Notes under the pieces: model-generated
Database searches by the model: none
Told to the model about the DNA's origin: nothing
What the model saw: only the letters and a program-made list of their open reading frames with translations
Shown here: one piece after another, positions 43,973 to 53,769 of the stretch
Layout of the letters: the number at the start of each line of letters is the position of its first letter
How positions within the stretch are numbered: the stretch's first letter is position 1
DNA from: an uncultured Eubacteriales bacterium
Lineage (GTDB): Bacteria > Bacillota > Clostridia > TANB77 > CAG-508
DNA: 64,000 bases
Assembly: GCA_948468315.1 (NCBI GenBank)
Contig: CAOKHL010000003.1
Span: 31,627-95,626 of the forward strand
Direction of reading: 5' to 3'
Made by a program: the position numbers and the translations under genes

Positions 43973-44551
43973 ATGAAAATAGGAATAGATTTAGATGGAG
44001 TAGTTATAGACAGTGAAACAACTTTTAGAACTTATGAAGAAATATTTGATATAGATACTTTAAAAGGAAATAATCTAATAAATAGAGAAGAACCAAAATT
44101 TCAAGCTAGATATAATTGGACAGAAGAGCAGGAAAGAGAATTTATTAAAAAATATTTTTTAACAGTATCAAAAGAAAGTAATCTAATGTCTGGATTTATA
44201 GGAGTATATAATTTATTAAAGAAACAAGGACATGAATTTATAGTTATTACCGCTAGAGGTGGATTTATTAAAGAAATGAAAGATGATGCAATAAGATTAT
44301 TAGAAGAAAATAATATTAAATTTGATAAATATTATTGGAAAATTGATGACAAATTCGAAATATGCAAAAATGAAAATGTAGATATTATGATTGATGATGA
44401 CTGGAGAATTATAAAGAAATTAGCAGACAATAATATAAAGACATTATATTTTAGAGATACAAATTTAGTAAAATTAGAAGAAAACGAGTATATAAAAGAA
44501 GTAAATAATTGGGGAGACATATATAGAAAAATAAAAAAAGAAAGTGAGTAA
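43973..44551 (+). CDS. HAD-family 5'(3')-nucleotidase-like protein
   Basis: KIGIDLDGVV, VITAR, MIDD. Confidence 0.88.
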   Translation: MKIGIDLDGVVIDSETTFRTYEEIFDIDTLKGNNLINREEPKFQARYNWTEEQEREFIKKYFLTVSKESNLMSGFIGVYNLLKKQGHEFIVITARGGFIKEMKDDAIRLLEENNIKFDKYYWKIDDKFEICKNENVDIMIDDDWRIIKKLADNNIKTLYFRDTNLVKLEENEYIKEVNNWGDIYRKIKKESE

Positions 44552-44748
44552 AAATAAAAGTATAATGAATCTGTGTTAAAAAATTGTCATTACATAGAAT
44601 ATGTAGTTTATAATATTAATGGGGGAATATGAAAATAAAACAAAAAAATAAATAGAAATGCAGTTAATGAGATTTTTCCATCATACAATAGAAGTGACAT
44701 TATATTCTAGAAATATGTTTGAAAAGATGTTATTGATGTTAAAAATAT

Positions 44749-44870
44749 ATATAATTATTACGAAAAAGTTCCGTAAACGGAAAAAATTCGTAATGAAACA
44801 ATTGACTAAAATTGAAATTTTTGATATAATTATTACGAAAAAGTTCCGTAAACGGAAAAAATTCGTAATG
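44749..44870 (+). repeat. Exact 47-bp direct duplication of a palindromic element upstream of the AAA+ ATPase gene
   Basis: ATATAATTATTACGAAAAAGTTCCGTAAACGGAAAAAATTCGTAATG at 44749 and 44824. Confidence 0.92.
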
Positions 44871-44882
44871 GAGGTTAAGGAT

Positions 44883-46127
44883 ATGGAAATAAAAAGAAAT
44901 TTTTATTTAAATGAACTTATAGATAGAATGGATAATGGACTTATAAAAATAGTAACCGGAATAAGAAGGTGTGGGAAATCTTATTTATTAGATCCAATTT
45001 TTAAAGATTACCTTATTCAGCAAGGAGTAGAAAAAGATCACATTATAAAATTAAGTTTAGATGAAAGAGCAAATAGCAAATATTTAGACCCAGATGTACT
45101 TGACCAATATATAAGAAGTTTAATTGTAGATGATAAAAAATATTATTTAATATTAGATGAAATACAACAAGTTAAAGAATTTGAATCAGTTTTAATAGGA
45201 TTTATGCATATAAGTAATGTAGAGATATATGTAACAGGAAGTAATTCAAAATTCTTATCATCAGATATTGTTACAGAATTTAGAGGTAGAGGAGATGAAA
45301 TAAGAGTTTATTCTTTATCTTTTGATGAATTTTTCTCTGTATTTGAAGGAAGTGAAGAAAAGGCTTTAAATGAATATTATACCTATGGAGGATTACCATT
45401 AACTCTACTTTCTAAAACAGAAAATAGCAAAACAAATTATTTAAAAACACAAAAAGAAAATGTATATATTAATGATATTGTTGAAAGAAATAGAGTTCAA
45501 AATAAAGAGGAATTGGAAATGTTAGTGCAAATAATAGCATCTGATATTGGTTCACTAACAAATCCATTAAAATTATCAAATGTGTTTAAAGAACGAGATA
45601 GAAGTTCTAGCATGACGGACAAAACAATATATAATTATTTAGGATATTTACAAGATGCATTTATGATAGAAAAAGCAAGACGTTTTGATGTAAGAGGAAA
45701 AAGATTTATAGAAACTCCCCAAAAGTATTATTTTACTGATATAGGAATTAGAAATTCATTTTTAGACTTTAGACAAAGTGAAGAAATATCACATATAATG
45801 GAAAATATAATTTATTTAGAATTAAGAAAACGTGGATATAATGTTGACGTTGGCTCAGTTGAAATAAGAGAAGGAGACAGCAAAAAACAATTAGAAATAG
45901 ATTTTGTTGCAAATAAAGGAAATAACAAAATTTATATTCAATCAGCATTGGAAATGAAAACACCTGAAAAAGTTGCTCAAGAACAGAAATCATTATTAAA
46001 TGTAAATGACTTTTTTAAGAAGATAATAATTGTAGGAGATAATATAAAAAAATCTCGTTATGAAAATGGAATAATAATAATGAGTATATATGATTTTCTT
46101 TTAGACCCTAATAGTTTAGAATATTAG
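44883..46127 (+). CDS. AAA+ ATPase with DUF4143 domain
   Basis: TGIRRCGKS, LDEIQ, VTGSNS, KYYFTDIG, EIDFV. Confidence 0.9.
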   Translation: MEIKRNFYLNELIDRMDNGLIKIVTGIRRCGKSYLLDPIFKDYLIQQGVEKDHIIKLSLDERANSKYLDPDVLDQYIRSLIVDDKKYYLILDEIQQVKEFESVLIGFMHISNVEIYVTGSNSKFLSSDIVTEFRGRGDEIRVYSLSFDEFFSVFEGSEEKALNEYYTYGGLPLTLLSKTENSKTNYLKTQKENVYINDIVERNRVQNKEELEMLVQIIASDIGSLTNPLKLSNVFKERDRSSSMTDKTIYNYLGYLQDAFMIEKARRFDVRGKRFIETPQKYYFTDIGIRNSFLDFRQSEEISHIMENIIYLELRKRGYNVDVGSVEIREGDSKKQLEIDFVANKGNNKIYIQSALEMKTPEKVAQEQKSLLNVNDFFKKIIIVGDNIKKSRYENGIIIMSIYDFLLDPNSLEY

Positions 46128-46269
46128 TAATATATATTTCAAAAACAAGAGATAAGTGTAAATTAAAAGTATTTTATAATAAATGAAAAATTTCTTATTA
46201 TAAAAAAGTTAAAATAGTATTGACAAATGTACCATAGAATATTATTATGTAAAATAATTAAATAAAAAT

Positions 46270-46467
46270 TTGCGATGAAAAAGAAAAAATGTGAAAATTT
46301 ATATACAGAGATTTAGCCGTTTGTGGTGAAAGGCTAGAATATAGATACATATGGGGAGCTTTGGAGCAAATAAAATAAGAGAGTAACATAGTTACTAATT
46401 AGGGTGGAACTGCGGAGAAAACTTTCGTCCCTAGCTAAGTTTTTTAGGCTAGGAACGAAAGTTTTTT
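46270..46467 (+). promoter_or_regulatory. T-box riboswitch leader of glyS
   Basis: GCGATGAAAAAG 5' motif, AGAGA/GCCG..GTGAAAGGC stem I elements, T-box AATTAGGGTGGAACTGCGG (46397-46415), and terminator AAACTTTCGTCCCTAG...CTAGGAACGAAAGTTTTT. Confidence 0.9.
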
Positions 46468-46492
46468 ATATAATTATAAGGAGGAGTTAAAA

Positions 46493-47866
46493 ATGAGTAA
46501 AAAAAGTATGGAAAAAATAGTGGGACTATGTAAGTCAAGAGGATACATATATCCTGGATCTGAAATATATGGAGGACTAGCAAATACATGGGATTATGGA
46601 CCTTTAGGTTGTAGATTAAAAAATAACATTAAAGATGTATAGAGAAAAAGATTTATCCAAGAAAGAAAAAATAGTTATGAAATTGATGCTGGAATATTAA
46701 TGCATCCAAGAGTTTGGGAAGCGAGTGGGCATGTTACATCATTTTATGATCCAAAGATAGATTGTAAGAGTTGTAAAACTAGGTTTAGAGCAGATAATTT
46801 TATAACAGATATAACAAGAGGAGAGACAAATGGAGATGCTTTAACATATGAAGAAATGGAACGTTTCATATAAGAAAATAATATAAAATGTCCAATATGT
46901 GGAAAAAGTGATTTTACATCTGTGAGAAAATTTAGTCAAATGTTTGAAACATACAGAGGAACAGTAGAAGATAGTAAATCTATTATATATTTGAGGCCCG
47001 AAAATGCACAAGGAGAATATGTTAATTTCCTAAATGTACTTAGAACAACAAGAACAAAATTACCTTTTAGTATTGGTCAAATAGGAAAAGCCTTTAGAAA
47101 TGAAATAACACCTGGAAACTTTACGTTTAGAACAATAGAATTTGAACAAATGGAATTTCAAACTTTTTGTAAAAAAGGAATAGATACAGAATTATATAAC
47201 TATTTTAAAGAATATGCTAAAAAATTCTTTACAGATTTAGGTTTGAATCAAGAAAATTTAAGATTTCATAATCATGAAAAATTAGCACATTATGCAAAAG
47301 AAGCATGTGATATTGAATTTAATTTTCCCTTTGGTTGGGGAGAAATAAATGGAACACATAATAGGACAGATTATGATTTGAGTAGACACCAAGAATATTC
47401 TGGAAGAAGTATGGAATATTTAGATGAAGAAACAAATGAAAAATATATTCCATATATTATTGAGTCTACAGTGGGATTGGATAGAGCAGTACTTGCGGTG
47501 CTATGTGAAGCATATGATGAAGAAGAAATGGAAGATGGTACAACAAGAACAGTGTTACATTTAAATCCAAAAGTTGCGCCTTATAAGGTATCAGTTTTAC
47601 CTTTATCAAAAAAATTGTCTGAAAAAGCAAATGTAGTGTATGAAAAACTATCAAATGAATTTATGTGTGATTATGATGAAGCAGGATCAATAGGAAAGAG
47701 ATATAGGAGAGCAGATGAAATTGGTATACCATATTGTATTACTGTAGATTTTGATACTTTAGAGGATAATAAAGTCACTATTAGAGATAGAGATACAATG
47801 AAACAAGTAAGAATTGATATTGAAGAAATAGAAGAATATATAAATATTAAAATAAAGAAGAACTAA
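46493..47866 (+). pseudogene. glyS: Glycyl-tRNA synthetase (alpha2 type) with two in-frame nonsense codons
   Basis: [52 protein letters not shown]; TAG at 46640 (codon 50) and TAA at 46871 (codon 127). Confidence 0.85.
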
Positions 47867-47976
47867 AAAATAATATTCTTTTAATATTTTTGTTGCTCAC
47901 TTTATAAATAAAATACCTCTATTTATAAAAAATGTAATAAACGATAATTTAAAAAGTAAAGATAATAATTAATGAA

Positions 47977-48003
47977 AAACCCCGCTGAATTTCAGCGGGG
48001 TTT
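47977..48003. terminator. Hairpin terminator between glyS and the convergent small ORF
   Basis: AAACCCCGCTGAA-T-TTCAGCGGGGTTT. Confidence 0.8.
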
Positions 48004-48159
48004 ATAAGGACGATGTTTTTGTGCAGCTGTTTGCCTTAGCCGAATTTGTCCGGCTAAAAGGTTGCACAATTTCTGTGCTTCTCTGTGAGCAGCTTTCAAC
48101 TCACCCATCGTCATGTTATGGATATCGAGTTCGATACCAAAACTAAATTTTTCCTGCAT
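47992..48159 (-). CDS. 55-aa orphan protein MQEKFSFGIELDIHNMTMGELKAAHREAQKLCNLLAGQIRLRQTAAQKHRPYKPR
   Basis: RBS AAGGAGGA; promoter TTGTCA-17-TATAAT with extended TG (48216-48188). The stop lies inside the terminator hairpin. Not in the ORF track. Confidence 0.65.
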   Translation of the reverse strand: MQEKFSFGIELDIHNMTMGELKAAHREAQKLCNLLAGQIRLRQTAAQKHRPYKPR

Positions 48160-48282
48160 AAGATGTCCTCCTTAAATTGATATATACATTATAACATAAA
48201 AAATATAAACTGACAAATACGTTATGTAAAATAAAACTTTATCAAAGGCCTAAAAATATACCATGAAAAATAAAAAACGATT

Positions 48283-48347
48283 TTTTGTAAACTAAATAAG
48301 CTCTTTTGTAAAACAATTCGGTAATTAGCGAAATATCGTGTTAAAAT
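48283..48347 (+). promoter_or_regulatory. Putative AgrA/LytTR-activated agrBD promoter
   Basis: TTTTGTAAA direct repeats with a 21-bp period (48283, 48304), then an extended -10 TGTTAAAAT and no good -35. Confidence 0.55.
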
Positions 48348-48380
48348 TAAGTCAAGCTTAAGAAAAGCGAGGTGGATAGA

Positions 48381-49010
48381 ATGATAGATAAAATCTGTTT
48401 ATTCTTAACCAACAAAATACGAAAAGAAATGCCTGATGTTGATGATGAAAGAGCTGAAATAATAGATTATGGCTTACATCTAGTTATAGGTGAACTTCCT
48501 AAAAATATTGTTATTTTGGGATTGGCATATTTATTAGGAGTTTTCAAGTTAACACTATTAGCAGTTATTTTATTATTACCATACAGGGCCGTTTCTGGAG
48601 GATTTCATTTAAAAACACATATAGGATGTATAGTTGGAACAACACTTATTTACTGTGGCATAGCAAAAATATCATGTTATATCATTTTTTACAACCAAAT
48701 TTTAAAATATATAATCGCCTTATCAGTCTGGATTTTCGGAATGATAATGGTTCATTTGTATGCACCAGCAGATACTGAAAATGTCCCTATACTTTCAAAC
48801 AGAGAAAGAAGACAGAAGAAGATGTTATCTTACATATTTTTAACATTTGCGATTTTGGTTGCATGTGTAATACCAAATAGAGAAATCACAAATATTTTGA
48901 TTTTTGGGTACTTGATTCAAAGTATAATGATTACAAGATTTGCATACAAATTAACAAGAAATAAATATGGTTACGAAGTTTACGATGAAAACTGTACCTT
49001 AAACACATAG
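48381..49010 (+). CDS. agrB: Accessory gene regulator B
   Basis: YRAVSGGFHLKTHIGC, YAPADTENVP; multiple TM helices. Confidence 0.93.
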   Translation: MIDKICLFLTNKIRKEMPDVDDERAEIIDYGLHLVIGELPKNIVILGLAYLLGVFKLTLLAVILLLPYRAVSGGFHLKTHIGCIVGTTLIYCGIAKISCYIIFYNQILKYIIALSVWIFGMIMVHLYAPADTENVPILSNRERRQKKMLSYIFLTFAILVACVIPNREITNILIFGYLIQSIMITRFAYKLTRNKYGYEVYDENCTLNT

Positions 49011-49082
49011 AATAATAAAGAGATATTAAGCCGGCAATGTCTTTTATTAGATATAATCTGTACATAAAAGGGAGGATTTATT

Positions 49083-49202
49083 ATGTTAAAGCTTTTAGCT
49101 AAAATTTCTGAAAAATATGCAAAATCTACTAATACAGCATGCCATATGCTTTGGTTTATGCATCAACCAAAAATGCCAGCATCTTTAATAAAAAAAGATT
49201 AA
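49083..49202 (+). CDS. agrD: AgrD cyclic autoinducer precursor MLKLLAKISEKYAKSTNTACHMLWFMHQPKMPASLIKKD
   Basis: Directly after agrB; RBS GGGAGG; TAC...HQPKMP..L pattern. Not in the ORF track. Confidence 0.9.
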   Translation: MLKLLAKISEKYAKSTNTACHMLWFMHQPKMPASLIKKD

Positions 49203-49207
49203 TAATA

Positions 49208-49241
49208 AAAAGAGGAGTATCCATGTACTGTACTCCTCTTT
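49208..49241. terminator. Bidirectional terminator between agrD and agrC
   Basis: AAAGAGGAGTA...TACTCCTCTTT. Confidence 0.85.
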
Positions 49242-49247
49242 ATACAA

Positions 49248-50594
49248 TTAATAATATATTTCTAAACATTGTTTGAAATATTTTTCATTAGGTTCTGTAA
49301 TTAAATTTATATTATTATTTCTTTTTATAATTTGTTTAACTTCCCATAAGCCCATTCCAGAATGATTTTCTTTTCCTGTTACACCTTTTTCAAAAATCTT
49401 ATTTTTATCTACATCTTTGTTTTTATAAGAATTTTCTATTTTTATTATTTGAGTGCGATTATTAGGTGAATCTCTAAACATTATTTTGACGATCTTTTCA
49501 TCAGTTTCAGAAGCTGCCTCAATTGCATTATCAATTAATATACCAAGCATTCTAGAAAAATCATAAATAGGCATATGTAATGCATTAAAATCAAAAAAGA
49601 AATCTAATTCAATTTCAACTTTAGAATTTTTAGCTTTTTGATATTTTGCTGTAAGTAAATTATAAATGCCAGAATTATTAATAAGATTAGGATTAAGTAA
49701 AGCAATATTATTTACTCTTTGACAATCTTTTTCTAAACTATTATAATATTTTTTTAAACCATTCATATCATCTGTACTAACAAATCCACCAATAGTAAAT
49801 ACCATATTATCAAAATCATGTTTAAAAGCTTTAACATTATCATATAAAATTGAAAGAGAGTTATTATAACTTTCAGCAGTTTCTAGATTTCTAGTGGTTA
49901 TCTGTAATTTCATAGTTCTAGTTAAGCTATTAAGGCTAATAAAATAATATGTAAGTAAAGATAGGAAGCTAAGGAAAGTAATAACTACTGGTAAAACATC
50001 TGTATAAAAAGCTGTAATAGTTAATTGTACACCTAGTGTAAAGAAACCAAATATTAAGTTAGCAATAATAATCTTTTTGTTTTTATGTGTAAAATCTTCT
50101 TTAAAAAGTAAATCTAAATTCATACTATTAATAATTTTATATAATATCCAAACTGTTATATACATAATTGAAAGATATAATAATTTATATATTGGAGTAT
50201 ATTGAGCTTGCTCCGAAGATAAATTGAATATTAATAAAATAGGTTTTAAAATCAAAGTGCCTATTAAAGCAAAAACAACAGTAGGAATAATTACAGCTAA
50301 TATTGTTTTTATAGTATTAGTACGAATAACAAATTTTATTACTATAAACATAATAAAATAGTTTATGAACAAATTATATGGTGTTGAGATGACGAATTCA
50401 GTTAGCAATGATGTAAATGAGAACAATACAATATAAAGTAATTGCTGTTTTTTAGTGTAATTTATCTTTAATATAGTAGTAAGTAAACTAAAAATTAATA
50501 AACCTTCAACAAATATTGTTGGTGCACAAATTACTTTAGTTACCATCTCATTCTGACTAATCAACAAATTCCAAATACTATGTAACACTTCCAT
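49248..50594 (-). CDS. agrC: AgrC-like sensor histidine kinase
   Basis: Polytopic N-terminus; FKHDFDN, LIDNAIEAA, GMGLWEV. Confidence 0.9.
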   Translation of the reverse strand: MEVLHSIWNLLISQNEMVTKVICAPTIFVEGLLIFSLLTTILKINYTKKQQLLYIVLFSFTSLLTEFVISTPYNLFINYFIMFIVIKFVIRTNTIKTILAVIIPTVVFALIGTLILKPILLIFNLSSEQAQYTPIYKLLYLSIMYITVWILYKIINSMNLDLLFKEDFTHKNKKIIIANLIFGFFTLGVQLTITAFYTDVLPVVITFLSFLSLLTYYFISLNSLTRTMKLQITTRNLETAESYNNSLSILYDNVKAFKHDFDNMVFTIGGFVSTDDMNGLKKYYNSLEKDCQRVNNIALLNPNLINNSGIYNLLTAKYQKAKNSKVEIELDFFFDFNALHMPIYDFSRMLGILIDNAIEAASETDEKIVKIMFRDSPNNRTQIIKIENSYKNKDVDKNKIFEKGVTGKENHSGMGLWEVKQIIKRNNNINLITEPNEKYFKQCLEIYY

Positions 50595-51297
50595 AAAGAT
50601 TAACTCCTTTCATAACTTCAGATTTATACTTTGGCCCAATATCACAAGTAGAATTATTATTAAAATAAATCAAGTTAGACATAGGTTCAAGTTTTGTAAT
50701 GTTATTTACATTAGCAATAAAAGATTTATGACATCTTACGAAATTAGCTGGAAGATAATCCTGAAGCTTAGAAAAGGAACTATACACTTCATAATCTCTA
50801 GAATTTGTATGAAATATTACTTTCATTCCATCACGTTTAATAAATTGTACTTCATTTTCAGCAATTATAGTATTTTTATTATCTAATCTTATATACCTTT
50901 TATTAGAAGTACATCCTTGTATATCATCAAATAATCTTAAAACGGTTTCTTCTAAACGTTCCTTAGTTATAGGCTTACACAAATAATCAAAAGTTTTACA
51001 TTGATAAGCTAAAAATACAAATTCACTATGTGCAGTTACAAAAATTATGTAACAATCTTTGTTCATTTTTCTAACTTTATTTGCTATCTCAATACCACTT
51101 AAGTCAGAATGTAAATTTATATCTAAAACAAGTACATCTACTGAATTTTCAGATATATAAGATAATAAATCATTAACATCTGTAGTTTTAAAAGTGATTT
51201 TTGCTTGTAAATCATTTTGTACAAAAACAGACTCAAACATGTGACATAATTTGTTTGTTGCATTTAAATTATCATCACAAATTATAAAATTTAACAT
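50578..51297 (-). CDS. agrA: LytTR-family response regulator (AgrA-like)
   Basis: ICDD, LDINL, FVTAH, KP; LytTR FVRCHKSFIAN. Confidence 0.92.
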   Translation of the reverse strand: MLNFIICDDNLNATNKLCHMFESVFVQNDLQAKITFKTTDVNDLLSYISENSVDVLVLDINLHSDLSGIEIANKVRKMNKDCYIIFVTAHSEFVFLAYQCKTFDYLCKPITKERLEETVLRLFDDIQGCTSNKRYIRLDNKNTIIAENEVQFIKRDGMKVIFHTNSRDYEVYSSFSKLQDYLPANFVRCHKSFIANVNNITKLEPMSNLIYFNNNSTCDIGPKYKSEVMKGVNLYGSVT

Positions 51298-51731
51298 TTC
51301 TTTCCTCCTAAAATGAATAAAATAAATTGGAAAAAATATACAGCTTTAAAAACAAATTAAAATTTTTAAATGCATATTAATTTTTCCACAAGTCATTTAA
51401 TGATAAAACAAAAATCGAAATTTGTCAAGTCTTGAATTACAAGGATTTAAAAAAATGAACTAAAACTAGTTCATAAATATTTACATTAAAAATTAATATG
51501 AAATATTTAAATTGGAATTTACAAAAATTGTAAATGAAGGTACACAAAAATGTAGCGTTAATTTACATAATGCTAGATAGAATAAAAGTAATAATTTAAA
51601 ATCTTATACAAAATAATCATTAAAAAAGTATGTTTGTTTTTTAGAAATATAAAAATATTTTTAAAATTCATAGATTTTTAGAATAAAAAATGATATAATA
51701 ATAGCATAAATTTATTATGGAGGTAACCAAT

Positions 51732-51974
51732 ATGTCTATAGGAAAACAAAAATTATATAATGAAATTGAGACATTACCAGAAGAACTTACAAATCAAGTT
51801 ATTAATTTTATTGAATATTTAAAATTATCATATATAGATACAGAAGCTCCAGATGGTATAGCAATAAAAAGTAAAAAGGATTTAAAAGAAAAGCTACAAA
51901 AAGGACTAAATGATATAAAAGAGAATAAAGTATATTCTTTAGATGAAGTTTTTACAAAAATAGACAATATATAA
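51732..51974 (+). CDS. Putative antitoxin (DUF2281-like N-terminus)
   Basis: EIETLPEELTNQVINFIEYL; lies upstream of a ParE/RelE toxin. The start may be 51717. Confidence 0.7.
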   Translation: MSIGKQKLYNEIETLPEELTNQVINFIEYLKLSYIDTEAPDGIAIKSKKDLKEKLQKGLNDIKENKVYSLDEVFTKIDNI

Positions 51975-51992
51975 AGGATTGGAGCGAAAGTT

Positions 51993-52316
51993 ATGAAAAA
52001 ATATAAAGTTGAAATTTCAGAAACTGCTCAACAAGATTTGGAGAATATTATTTCATATCTTCGATATAATTTGGCAGGAGATATTATAGCAGACAAATAC
52101 AAGATTTTATTTAAACAAGAATTGAAAGATTTAGAAAATGTAGCAGGAAGTATGCCTATTTTAAGTGAGGAATTAACAGGACATAAGAATATTAGAAAAA
52201 TCAATGTAAGAAATTATATAATATTTTATATGGTTGATGAAGAAGATTCTAAAGCATTAGTATTAAGAATAGGTCATGCTTTTATGGATTGGGAAAAATA
52301 TTTAAAAGACGAATAG
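51993..52316 (+). CDS. RelE/ParE-family toxin
   Basis: YKVEISETAQQDLENIISY, RKINVRNYIIFY, VLRIGH. Confidence 0.88.
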   Translation: MKKYKVEISETAQQDLENIISYLRYNLAGDIIADKYKILFKQELKDLENVAGSMPILSEELTGHKNIRKINVRNYIIFYMVDEEDSKALVLRIGHAFMDWEKYLKDE

Positions 52317-52615
52317 TTGGTTAATGATTAAATGAATGCCAAAATAAAACTATATAGAATTATAAAATAATACAGAATAAAAAGCTAGAGATTAAATTAA
52401 ATCTTTAGCTTTTTTATTATATTATTTCTTTACTTTCAAAGTATTAATAAAAAATGATATTGCTAATTTACATAATACAAAACATAAATAAAAGTAATAA
52501 TTTAAAATCATATACATAAAATTATAAAAAATAGAAAAGAGCTTAGTATAAAAGAAAAATAAATTTCTTTTATAACTATATGTGCCTTTTAGTAAAGAGA
52601 GGAATGAAATTTTTT

Positions 52616-53428
52616 ATGAAAAATATTAATAATGCAAGCAAAATAATAATAATGATATGTTTAACATTATCAATATTTACAATAACAGTAATTACAAGTC
52701 CTAAAAGTGCAGAAGAAACAGTTGCTACAACAAGTACATTAAGTAACAAAAAGATTGGTTGGGGAATAAAAAGAAATGATAATCATAATCAACCAGATTT
52801 AGGAGCAGAAAACAAAAAATTAATAGACAAATATAATGGAATAGCAATGGGAAACAATGAGAATAAAGATATTTATTTAACTTTTGACTTAGGGTATGAA
52901 GCTGGATATACAGCAAACATACTAGATGCCTTAAAAGAGAAAAATGCAAAAGCAACATTTTTTATCACAGCACATTATTTAAATACAGCATCTGATTTAG
53001 TACAGAGAATGATTGATGAAGGGCATATTGTAGGAAATCATACAGTAAACCACAAAAGTATGCCAGACTTATCAGATGAAGAATTAAAAACAGAGCTAAT
53101 GAAATTGAATCAAGCACTATATGAAAAATATGGATATGAAATGAAATACATGAGACCACCAAAAGGAGAATTCAGTGAAAGAACATTAAGCATTACAGAT
53201 TCACTTGGATTTAAAACTGCAATGTGGAGTTTTGCATATGTAGACTGGAATGAAGATAGTCAACCATCAAAAGAGGATGCGATGAATAAAATTATTTCAA
53301 ACCTTCATAATGGAGAAGTAATGTTATTACATGCAACATCAAAAACAAATTCAGAAATAATGGGTGAAATGATAGATAATATAAGAAAAGAAGGATATGA
53401 AATAAAAAGCTTAGAAGAATTTAGATAA
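52616..53428 (+). CDS. pdaA: Spore cortex polysaccharide deacetylase (PdaA-like)
   Basis: YLTFDLGYEAGYT, EGHIVGNHT..H, RPPKG, WSFAYVDW, LLHATS. Confidence 0.85.
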   Translation: MKNINNASKIIIMICLTLSIFTITVITSPKSAEETVATTSTLSNKKIGWGIKRNDNHNQPDLGAENKKLIDKYNGIAMGNNENKDIYLTFDLGYEAGYTANILDALKEKNAKATFFITAHYLNTASDLVQRMIDEGHIVGNHTVNHKSMPDLSDEELKTELMKLNQALYEKYGYEMKYMRPPKGEFSERTLSITDSLGFKTAMWSFAYVDWNEDSQPSKEDAMNKIISNLHNGEVMLLHATSKTNSEIMGEMIDNIRKEGYEIKSLEEFR

Positions 53429-53479
53429 AAGTTTAGAAAGGAAAAGTGTTAGAAGCTAAATACCTAACACAAAAAAGAT

Positions 53480-53755
53480 ATGAGAAGAAAAAATAGATTT
53501 AATGAAATATTAGAAATTCCCAAAGAAGTTTATAGTAATATCCCAAATTTTATCATAACAGGATTTGAAGAGTTAATAATTGAAAACTATAAAGGGATTT
53601 TAGAATATGAAGATTATTACATTAGAATAAATACACATATAGGAATAATTAATATTCATGGTATAAATTTAAAACTAGAAAAAATGACAGAAGATAATAT
53701 TAAAATTAAAGGAAAGATAGAATCAATAGAGATAGAAAGAACAATTGATGATTAA
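53480..53755 (+). CDS. yqfC: YabP/YqfC-family sporulation protein
   Basis: LEIPKEV, IENYKGILEY, IRINT; lies upstream of yqfD. Confidence 0.85.
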   Translation: MRRKNRFNEILEIPKEVYSNIPNFIITGFEELIIENYKGILEYEDYYIRINTHIGIINIHGINLKLEKMTEDNIKIKGKIESIEIERTIDD

Positions 53756-53769
53756 ATTTAGGAGGATAT

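Noticed and set aside
44658-44882. 75-aa extension of the AAA+ ATPase with a repeated ITKKFRKRKKFVM
   Set aside because: It is a translation of the duplicated promoter palindrome; the RBS-supported start is 44883. The CGG codons there are non-coding.
46640-46873. Genome-wide TAG/TAA stop-codon reassignment to explain glyS
   Set aside because: TAA and TAG end many clearly delimited genes here (rpsB, tsf, rpsU, agrD, spo0E-like, ybeY).
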